From: an uncultured delta proteobacterium
GTDB lineage: Bacteria; Desulfobacterota; Binatia; Bin18
Assembly (NCBI GenBank): GCA_963733195.1
Contig: CAVTCR010000001.1
Location: forward strand, 1 to 64,000
Direction of reading: 5' to 3'
Length of the DNA: 64,000 nt
Positions 54,744-64,000 of the stretch are shown here, in pieces. Below the pieces are notes generated by a model that saw only the letters and a list, made by a program, of their open reading frames with translations, was not told where the DNA came from and ran no database searches. Numbering within the stretch: position 1 is the first letter of the stretch; each line of letters opens with the position of its first letter. A program made the position numbers and the translations under genes.

Positions 54744-55667
54744 TTAACCAGCAAGCACAGCGCGCGCACGATTCGCGTCTTCCTGAATTTGGCGAACTAA
54801 CTCTGGCACTGAGGGGAACTTTCGTTCCTCTCGAATATGCTCAACAAAACTAACCCGCAATCGCTTTCCATACAAATCGGCAGAGAAATCAAAAAGATGG
54901 GCCTCTATGGTGCGTCGGTTATTACCAAAGGTTGGATTCATTCCTACATTTGCAACGCCAGGTACGGCGGTCTTCTCATCAACATCAACAGTGACTGCAT
55001 AAACCCCATTCGGCAGCAAGAGATCTGTGCGAGGGCGCAGGTTCGCTGTGGGAAAACCAATAGTCCGCCCACGTTGAAACCCTTTTTCGACTCGTCCACT
55101 CACGCTATAGGGACAACCTAACAAACTGGTTACCTCGCGCATATTTCCTGCCCCAAGCAAGGTACGAACAGCCGAGCTACTGACCTCCCTCCCCTCAACT
55201 ACAACTGGACCAATCACTTCCACAGCAAAGCCAAGTTGCTTTCCGAATTGTACAAGCGTCTCCGCACTCCCGGAACGTTGATGGCCGAAACTGACGTTAT
55301 GACCGATGATCACTTTCTCCACATGGAGAATGTCAACGAGGTAGCGTCGAACAAACTCTTCGGCGGTCAGTTGTGAAAATGCCTGCGAGAACCGTTGCAG
55401 AATGACGCCTTGGATCTCTAACGAGCGAAGCAGGAGGAGCTTTTCCCGCAAGCTGAGAATGAGCGGCAATGGGGAGTTCGGCCGTAATACCGTCAGCGGA
55501 TGAGGATGAAACGTCAGAACGAGTGCGGTCCCTTGCAGCGCTTTCGCCTCGGTGACTACTTTTGTCAGGATCGCGCGATGACCAAGGTGGACGCCGTCAA
55601 AATTGCCGAGACTAACAATCGGACGAGGGAAACGACGATCGGACTTGATATGGCGAATAACCTCCAT
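54744..55667 (-). CDS. ribF: Riboflavin kinase/FAD synthetase
   Basis: GNFDGVHLGH, RGRTIGFPTAN, IEAHLFDF. Confidence 0.95.
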   Translation of the reverse strand: MEVIRHIKSDRRFPRPIVSLGNFDGVHLGHRAILTKVVTEAKALQGTALVLTFHPHPLTVLRPNSPLPLILSLREKLLLLRSLEIQGVILQRFSQAFSQLTAEEFVRRYLVDILHVEKVIIGHNVSFGHQRSGSAETLVQFGKQLGFAVEVIGPVVVEGREVSSSAVRTLLGAGNMREVTSLLGCPYSVSGRVEKGFQRGRTIGFPTANLRPRTDLLLPNGVYAVTVDVDEKTAVPGVANVGMNPTFGNNRRTIEAHLFDFSADLYGKRLRVSFVEHIREERKFPSVPELVRQIQEDANRARAVLAG

Positions 55668-55708
55668 AGTCCCTACTTGTCCAGGCCGGGCGCAGAGACC
55701 AGAGTTAC

Positions 55709-56644
55709 CTAACGGCCAAGATTCTGGAGTCTTTCGCGGGCATCTTTTGCTTGCCTGGAATTCGGATGATCATTAATGAGCTTTTGTAGGATGAGGCGGG
55801 CATCAGTTTTATCGCCGATTTCGACGAACGCTTCCGATTGACGAAGGAGGGCAGCAGGCACTTTGTCGCCTTTGCGGTACTTCAAAACGTCGTTGTATTC
55901 AAGGATCGCACGGTTATAGTCTCTGCGAGTGAAATAGCTTTCGCCGATCCAGTATTGTGCGTCGTCCGCAAGTTCAGAAGCGGGGTTTTTCCGTTGAAAG
56001 GTACGGAACTGTTGAATCGCCTTATCATACTGTTGGCCATTTAAGGCTTGCCAGGCACCCCGATAATCATCTTGCACTTCAGGAGGCTCTTTTGTGAGGA
56101 GAATCTCATCCTCAATCGGTAGAGAAAGAACCGGCGGTAGGGACGGCGATGACGGTGTTGGAACTGCCGCGACCTGAGGAGCTTCAGCTGGTGCAGGTGG
56201 AGCCGGAGTCTCTACTGTTGGAAGTGGATGCGGCGGAATCGGGGTTTCTCGACGTACGACAATTTGTCGTTCCAGAGAGTTCAGTCGATCTTCTAAATTT
56301 TGCACTTGCGCAGCAGAGGCGGCCGGCACTGCGGGTCGTGCTTTTGCCGTTCGGTCTATGCGATATCGCAGTTCCTCCATCTCGCCACGCACTTTCTCAA
56401 TCTCTCGCCGCGTCGCCTCGTTCGTCGCACGGCTATCGGCCAGTTGTGTCCGAAGCTGGTCGTTCTCCCTATTTTGCGCTTGCAGATCCGCCTGAGTTGC
56501 ACACCCGCTCCCCCAGACACAGGCCAGGAGGGCTATTGAACCAACAGCAGCAATTGTTTTCACAGGATAACCGTCAATCGTAAAGATGGTTGAGGTTAAC
56601 GTCCAACTAACAGGAAGTGTGCTCTGCGATTTTGCTGCCAACAA
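55709..56644 (-). CDS. cpoB: Tol-Pal protein YbgF/CpoB (true start probably further downstream)
   Basis: Lipoprotein signal, coiled coil, TPR DAQYWIGESYF; follows pal. Confidence 0.85.
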   Translation of the reverse strand: MLAAKSQSTLPVSWTLTSTIFTIDGYPVKTIAAVGSIALLACVWGSGCATQADLQAQNRENDQLRTQLADSRATNEATRREIEKVRGEMEELRYRIDRTAKARPAVPAASAAQVQNLEDRLNSLERQIVVRRETPIPPHPLPTVETPAPPAPAEAPQVAAVPTPSSPSLPPVLSLPIEDEILLTKEPPEVQDDYRGAWQALNGQQYDKAIQQFRTFQRKNPASELADDAQYWIGESYFTRRDYNRAILEYNDVLKYRKGDKVPAALLRQSEAFVEIGDKTDARLILQKLINDHPNSRQAKDARERLQNLGR

Positions 56645-57150
56645 TCTTCAGTAGCTTCTTTACAGGAAGGAAGTTCCTCACCGTAGCTAATTGTTGACAA
56701 CTGGTTCGCATCAACACCGAGGTTCGCGAGGTAATCGCGCGTTGCTTTCGCTCGCTTTGCACCTAACGCAAGATTGTACTCTACCGTACCCCGTTCATCA
56801 CAGTGGCCTTCAATCTCGACTTTGACACCGGAATTATTCTTTAACCAGTTGGCATGGGACTGCAACGTATTGCGAGCTTCGGTCGAAAGATCAAAGGCAT
56901 CGTAATCAAAATAGACATCACTTAGCGGACCGCCAGCATTCCGATCAGTTCCTTCATTTTCAAGACGGCCTCGCGTCCGTGCTCCTGGATCCTCCGGTGC
57001 CAAGTTTCGATCTTGGATCCCACCGGGACCAAGTCCCTGCCCTCCCCCAGGACTACCAAGCTCACTCTCACTAGGTGCCTGAGGCTGCTTTGGGCACCCA
57101 CTCACAGATAAAGCAATTAAAAACACACCTAAGATTCGCCAGTACCCCAT
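56596..57150 (-). CDS. pal: Peptidoglycan-associated lipoprotein
   Basis: Lipobox VSGC, VYFDYD, EGHCDERGTVEYNLALG, NRRAHF. Confidence 0.95.
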   Translation of the reverse strand: MGYWRILGVFLIALSVSGCPKQPQAPSESELGSPGGGQGLGPGGIQDRNLAPEDPGARTRGRLENEGTDRNAGGPLSDVYFDYDAFDLSTEARNTLQSHANWLKNNSGVKVEIEGHCDERGTVEYNLALGAKRAKATRDYLANLGVDANQLSTISYGEELPSCKEATEDCWQQNRRAHFLLVGR

Positions 57151-57196
57151 GCACACACTCCACATCGTTTCGTGCTTTTTCTTCTTCCATTCCTGG

Positions 57197-58528
57197 CTAT
57201 TCCAGGCGCGACGACCACGCCGGACTAGTATCATCTCCCCCCCTACGAGTCAATTCTTTAACACTGTTCCCGTCTTTACGTGCAACTATTAACCGTCCGC
57301 GATGACTGAGCACAACATAACGACCGTCCGGTGACCATGAGGGATCTTCTCCGACAGTAATTTCGCGCGCTTCTCCACCATTCGCTGGAATGACCATGAC
57401 GCGAAACCCGCCAGATCGCGTCGTGTAGGCAATCTGGTCTCCTTTCGGTGACCACGAGGGGGACGTATTATAATCTCCACGAAACGTGAGGCGACGAATG
57501 TTCCCACTGCCAACGTCCATCACATAGATCTGCGGCCCACCGCGACGACTCGAGCAAAATGCGAGATGGCGGCCATCCGGCGACCACGTCGGAGAGACAT
57601 CGATTCCAGGGTCCTCGGTCAAACGCCGAATCACGCGACCTTCAGGCGTCAAGAGAAACAAGTCCGAATTCCCGTCTTGCTCAAGACTGACAGCAATTGT
57701 TGAGCCGTCAGGTGACCAACGTCCACCGCTGTAGCCCACAGTTGTCGACAGACGATTTTGCTCACCTGTCCGAACATCAAGAAGATAGGGATACGGCCCA
57801 CCGTGACGATAGGAACAGTACGCCAACATACTAGTGGAAGGGTCCCAGCTTGGCCCCAAGCTCAGACTCCGATCACGCGTGAGCGCTGTTACCTGTCGAC
57901 CACTGAGGTCAGTGACATATAGCTCTTTTGCTCGGCCACCGGTGCGGGTTGACACAAACGCAATACGCGAATCAAACGGTCCACGTTCTCCGGTCAACAA
58001 AAGCATCACTTCGTCAGCAAAGCGATGGGCCATGCGCCGTAGCTCTCGGCGCTCGCCACGGTAACGTTTGCCGCCAAGTTGCTTTCGTTGGGCGACGTCG
58101 AAGAGTCGCACCTCAGCAACGATCCCGTTGCTATCACCAGAGAGGGTCCCTTTAACCAGAGCCAACGCACCAAGTTCAGACCAGTTCGGAAAATTTATCT
58201 CCTCCGCTAGGGCGCCTTCTCCTGTGGCGGTCTCTGCGCCACGGCTAATGACACGAAAATAGCCCGACAGATCCAAGTCGCGCGAAAGGACCTCAGCAAA
58301 TTCATCACCGATCCCTTGCTCTCCTGTGCCTTCCCCACTTTGCAGTGGAGCAATAGCAATGGGCAGCGCCTGTCCACCTTCTTTGGTGATCTGTAGATTA
58401 ATCTGCGCGCTCACGGAGAGAGGAAGTGTCACCAGCAGTACGACGAGCCAGAACAGTGCGAAGACTTCGGGTTTTCGGCTGACCCAGGGGCACCAGTGTT
58501 GCTTTTTTATCAATCGTTCGCCCTTCAC
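57197..58528 (-). CDS. tolB: TolB
   Basis: AHRFADEV, PD40 repeats (WSPDG). Confidence 0.93.
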   Translation of the reverse strand: MKGERLIKKQHWCPWVSRKPEVFALFWLVVLLVTLPLSVSAQINLQITKEGGQALPIAIAPLQSGEGTGEQGIGDEFAEVLSRDLDLSGYFRVISRGAETATGEGALAEEINFPNWSELGALALVKGTLSGDSNGIVAEVRLFDVAQRKQLGGKRYRGERRELRRMAHRFADEVMLLLTGERGPFDSRIAFVSTRTGGRAKELYVTDLSGRQVTALTRDRSLSLGPSWDPSTSMLAYCSYRHGGPYPYLLDVRTGEQNRLSTTVGYSGGRWSPDGSTIAVSLEQDGNSDLFLLTPEGRVIRRLTEDPGIDVSPTWSPDGRHLAFCSSRRGGPQIYVMDVGSGNIRRLTFRGDYNTSPSWSPKGDQIAYTTRSGGFRVMVIPANGGEAREITVGEDPSWSPDGRYVVLSHRGRLIVARKDGNSVKELTRRGGDDTSPAWSSRLE

Positions 58529-59881
58529 TCCTCACCTCCGAACGTCATATGGACTTTCTGTGTCACAAAATCTTCACGATACATTTCTGGTGGAGGCGGG
58601 AGTTTTGCATTCTTGACCGCACGCAACGCTGATTGGTCGAAGGAACGATCTCCGGAAGACTCTGCTAATTCAACATCAATCACCTCCCCATCTGCTTCCA
58701 CCCCAAATCGTACTATTGCTGTCAGTCCAGGTTTCCGATCCACCACGATCCAACCCTCTTTCACCCTCTGCTTAATGTTCTCGGTATAGGCAAGGAATTC
58801 CGGCCCATAGACCTTTGCCTTGGCGACCTGACCGTCCTCCTTTTCCTTTTCGTCATTCGCATTGGCAGCAGCGGGTTTCTTCTCTGTCTCCCTACCATTT
58901 TCCTCTTGGCCGCCAATCCCCTGTCGCACTCGATTGACCGCCTTAGCAATATCCTGGTCGCGGGTTACCGCTTCTTCCCGCGTGCGAACTCGCTCAACTG
59001 CGGAAGCGATCAGCTTTTCTCGTGCCTCCTCATCTTCGCGTTCCTGCGTGGCATCAACCGACGGTGTGGCTTTAGCGACTGGCACTGCGACGGCGGGTTT
59101 CTTCCGGGGTGCATCAGTATTTTCCGTTTTCTTGGTCTCGCTAACCTTCTCTTTTGCCGTTGTCTTCACCGGTTCCTGTGGTTTCTTTTCCGGCTTGGGT
59201 GGCGTTGGTTGGACTTTCGGCTTTTCCTCTGTTTTTCGTACTTCAGGCTTTTTCTCCTGAACTTTCACACGCTCAGATTGTAACGGAGGTTTTTCTTTGG
59301 GCTTCTCTTTCTTCTCTGACAATCGTATCTCCACCTTAGGCTTTACTGGCTCCTTGGCTTTGGCTCTCTGCTATTTTTTTCTCTGGTGGTGGCGGCTTCT
59401 CCACTGGCTTCACATCAGCAACAGCTTTTGGCGGTTCTTTCTCTTTTACTACCGGGGTTGGTTTCGGCTGTGGCGGTTCAATCTTTTTCGCAACCTCCTG
59501 TGGCTTTTCGATTGGAGGCGGCTCTTGCGGCTTTGGCTTGGTCTGCACTTCAGGCTTCGGTTTTTCCTGCGGTTTTGGTAGTAATGCCTCTTGCTGTTCG
59601 CCTTTCGCTGCCGGTGGAGTACTCGGTTTTTCTACGGCTGCCTGGCGCGGAGGAGCAGAGGTTCTCTCGCTCGCTTCTTTCCGTTTTCCTGTTCCCGTCG
59701 GACCAATGAGAGAGACTTCGTATGATGTCACTGGTGGTGCATTCGGCTTGGGCGAGCGAAAGTATCCTGTAACAAGTAGTGCACCTATCACTACTACGTG
59801 AAGCACTGCTGACAGAAGGATCATGCGGCTGATGCCGTGACCTTTCTGCGATTCGTCGTACGGTTCGGTCGCGGGTTTCAT
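58525..59881 (-). CDS. tolA: TolA (frameshift near 59336)
   Basis: TM helix SAVLH, K/P/E-rich linker, C-terminal SSGD..FDQSALRAV. Confidence 0.85.
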
Positions 59882-60289
59882 TGCTCTTCAAGCGGAGTGG
59901 TCATCATTCCTAGTTTCTTGACCCCAGCGTTACGAAGCACTGCCATCACTTCAACCACTTTTCCGTACTGCACCCCTTTGTCTGCACGAAGATAGACAGA
60001 ACGCTCCGGTTGTTTCTGCATGGTCTCGAACAAGCGTTTGTTGCAACTCCTCCAGCCTGAGGGCACGATTATCCAGGTGAACCTTGCCATCTTTGCTTAC
60101 GGTTATCACCATGCTTGAGTCCTGGCCGTCCACTGGTCCCGCAGCAACCTGCGGCAATTCCACCGCAACCCCCTGCTGTAGAATGGGTGCAGTGACCATG
60201 AAGATCACAAGCAGGACAAGCATCACGTCAACCAAAGGCGTGATGTTGATCTGGGAAATGTTGTCTTCTTGTTGATGGTCGAATGCCAC
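59878..60289 (-). CDS. tolR: TolR (frameshifts)
   Basis: INITPLVDVMLVLLVIFMVTAP, YLRADK..YGKVVEVM. Confidence 0.92.
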
Positions 60290-60320
60290 GACGACTCCTG
60301 ACGCCTATAAACACGATGAG

Positions 60321-61061
60321 CTAGAGGAAGTGGCGCTCAGCGATATTAAGAAACTCAGCGACAAAGTTCTCCATGTCTGCGGCCAACACACGGATCTGAC
60401 GACTAAAATAATTGTAGGCCATAACGGCGGGAATCGCCGCCGATAGTCCAACTGCCGTCGCGATCAGCGCTTCGGCAATGCCAGGAGCAACAGCCTGGAT
60501 ACTTGAGGTCTTGGTAACTGCCAACCCACGGAACGCATCCATGATACCCCACACCGTACCGAATAAGCCAACGAATGGTGCAGTGCTGGCAGTCGTCGCC
60601 AAAAAGATTAAGGCACGTTCGAGCCGGGTGGTTTGCAAGCGCATTGCCCGTCGCATAGCTCTCTCTATATTTTCTATTCCTCCCTCTTCGTTATTGAGAG
60701 GGTCCCCTTCCACCGCTGTCGTTTGTTTGCGTGCACGGGTAAGGCGCATCAATTCCTGATAGCCAGCTCGGAAAACTTGGGCGACAGGACTCTCTTTCAT
60801 CTCCAGGGAGGCGGTGTGAATAGATGAGAAATTTTTCGTTTCCCAAAAAACCGAGGAAAAGCGTTCAGATTCACGGCGAGCTTTATAGATCTGGAGAAAT
60901 TTGTAGAAAATTATCCCCCAACTGATTATCGAAAACGCGAGCAGGAGGTAGAGCACCAACTGGACGACGAGTCCAGAGTGCGTGACCATATCGATAATGC
61001 TGTCCGTAGCTGGGGCTGGTGCCTCCACTTGGGCAGCGATCTGCCTGAACAATCCTTCCAT
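60321..61061 (-). CDS. tolQ: TolQ
   Basis: APFVGLFGTVWGIM, VAPGIAEALIATA. Confidence 0.95.
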   Translation of the reverse strand: MEGLFRQIAAQVEAPAPATDSIIDMVTHSGLVVQLVLYLLLAFSIISWGIIFYKFLQIYKARRESERFSSVFWETKNFSSIHTASLEMKESPVAQVFRAGYQELMRLTRARKQTTAVEGDPLNNEEGGIENIERAMRRAMRLQTTRLERALIFLATTASTAPFVGLFGTVWGIMDAFRGLAVTKTSSIQAVAPGIAEALIATAVGLSAAIPAVMAYNYFSRQIRVLAADMENFVAEFLNIAERHFL

Positions 61062-61272
61062 ACCGCATGCACCAGCATTAGAGCGACAATCGTGTATCCA
61101 CCATCTTCCCTCTCTCCACCGCGTATCTTAGCAGTAATACATGCAGGAATAGCGGTCAGTCAATTCACATAAGCAAATGAACTTCGTATGACAATCTTTT
61201 TGTATGGGCTTTTCCCTTGACTGCGAAAGGCCAATACGAGAGGATAATGGAAATTTTCTTGCTGAGGGCGCT

Positions 61273-62276
<1,004 letters not shown>

Positions 62277-62284
62277 CTCACCTT

Positions 62285-62396
62285 ACGCGGTCAACCGTGG
62301 CCTGTCGCGCTTTACATGATGGCGATGGCGCTTGTGACGTTGGTGTCAGTCTATTGGCCGCCGAAACGTGGCAAGACGATCTGCTCAAGCAGTAAG
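62285..62396 (+). pseudogene. Probable C-terminal remnant of an MFS (MHS-type) transporter
   Basis: GQPWPVALYMMAMALVTLVSVY..AETWQDDL: last TM helix plus the ET motif. Confidence 0.4.
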
Positions 62397-62443
62397 GAGT
62401 AGCAATCCAGTAACTTCCCGAGTTCATGAAAAGCCATAGCCTA

Positions 62444-62520
62444 TGTCATTGCGAGAAGCCTCAGGCAACGAAGCAATCTTTTTGTCGGGCAAAGATTGCT
62501 TCGCTGCGCTCGCAATGACA
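62444..62520. repeat. Palindromic repeat element (GTCATTGCGAG type)
   Basis: TGTCATTGCGAG..GAAGCAATC..GATTGCTTCG..CTCGCAATGACA. Confidence 0.7.
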
Positions 62521-62805
62521 ATCTTCTCAGCTTCATCGTGGTGAACGACTGTCTGGTCGCCGCCTGTTCCATTCTTCTGTGGCTTGCGTCTGCTCACCGT
62601 TCCTTATTTGAGCGGCGGTGTAGGGAAGTGTTTGAAGGCCCACTTACGGCATACGTTACCAAGCAGATTCTCTTCATCCTATGATGTGTGCATAATTCCT
62701 CCTTCGTCCTTGCAGGTTGCGGCTCTCCGACAACCCCTCGGTGGTCGAGTAGGTCATGACCTACTCGACCACACTCACCGGTGGCTTTTGTGGTTCTCAC
62801 CCCCA

Positions 62806-64000
62806 CTACTTGTTGACTGGCCGCAAGAAATGTTTGAACGTCCAGTGGGCGACCCGTTTGCCTTGATCACGTCCGACCACATCGGAGTTGCGGAAGTGAA
62901 TACCGACATACACCCGCGCGTCGATGGTCTCATCCACCGCATCGGAGAGACGGGTGTATGTCCGCGTCTTCTGGATGGCTAGCGGATTGGTGGAGGTGAC
63001 GGTGAAGGTCACCTGGTCCGTTTTGAAGAAGAGCTTGAGGATGCGGGCCACCGCCCCGCTGTAGGTCACATGGCCCGAGGTGTACTCCGGGAAATTCGGG
63101 CGTATTGATCAGCGGTTGCCAGTTCGGGTCGCCCACTGTCTTCGGCATTGCCATCGTTCTCTCCCTCCTGGATGGCGGTGACGGGCCGCCAGAAGACGTA
63201 GAAGTACTTGGTGTCCCAGCAGGTAATTGCGGCATCGGCACCTGCCAAGTTGACCAAGGCAAAGAGCCGGGCACTCTCGACAAGCGTGAAACTGAGTTAC
63301 CATCCGTCACAATGCCCTGAATGGCACGATTCCATAGCACGGCGGTGTTATCGGCCCAGAAATAGCCAATGTCGGTTTGTTCGGGCGTGCGGATGCTGCT
63401 GTTCAACTCGCCGACGGCTTTGACTTCGTTGTAATCTTTGCGATACCGACTTACTTGTCAAGCTCGGGGGCGGATCAGCCCGGAACTGCGAGGGACTCTC
63501 CAAGGTAAATGGAGTCACGGTGGCGACCCAGGGTGCAGCGCCAGGAGCAAAGGCTGGTGGCGGCCCAGGGAGATAGGAAGGGGTCGGGCGCCAGACTCCC
63601 GGGTCAGTGCCGCCAGTGAACGGTGGAGGATTAGGCGGAAAGCGGCCATCATTGGCGCGGAGCGCCAAGAATGCCCGCCGCAGCGTGTCTGTGCCCACCG
63701 TCACGCCTGGATCGGTTGCCGAGAGCCCGTTTGCGGTCAAGTACTCCTGATACGCCGTGTCGAGGGCGGCTTGCTGGGCGGGAAAGAGGGCGACCAGGAC
63801 ATCATGCGCGGCAGTGGCCACCGCAGCCACTCGGAGAGCCGGCAGCGTTGGGGATGACGACGTGATAAGGCTCGAAGCGGCCATCGAAGGCAATGGCGGC
63901 ATCATACATGGCGGCGTGGACAATGGCATAGTCGAGCGAGGTGATGAGCGGGGAGCGCCCGGCGGTGAGAATGGCTTTCGTCGAGATTTCATTCCAATCC
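62806..64000 (-). CDS. Vanadium haloperoxidase/PAP2-superfamily protein (partial, frameshifts)
   Basis: AVATAAHDVL, WDTKYFY.FWRPVTAI, FPEYTSGH, ARVYVGIHFR. Confidence 0.85.

Overview
Bacterial window, probably from an error-prone long-read assembly: indel frameshifts hit even rho, gap, tolR and tolA. Gene content resembles uncultured deltaproteobacterial (Binatia-like) genomes, which is inference only. Five blocks. (1) 1-18.4 kb: tandem array of five paralogous STAND ATPase-TPR genes, with a class III nucleotide cyclase domain in the four complete copies. Three consecutive junctions each hold a different toxin-antitoxin pair, and the linkers carry 7-nt repeats and GTAG-type REP palindromes. 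(2) 19-25 kb: divergent pair of wHTH-STAND regulators. (3) 25-32 kb: metabolic and envelope genes. (4) 32.5-41 kb: a decayed integron that the ORF track misses. It has a dead intI pointing towards its array, a candidate attI, four attC sites, and cassettes for an IS91-type transposase, vapBC, a cupredoxin, a PNPOx-like protein and a DUF4336-like protein, with IS630 and IS5 at or in attC sites. (5) 41-64 kb: mostly housekeeping genes (rpsB-tsf-pyrH-frr-uppS-cdsA-rseP-tsaB without dxr, rho, rluD, ribF, tol-pal, gap) plus a partial haloperoxidase/PAP2 gene. Best candidates for undescribed systems: the cyclase-STAND-TPR/TA interleaved array, and the inverted integron whose first cassette is a rolling-circle transposase.
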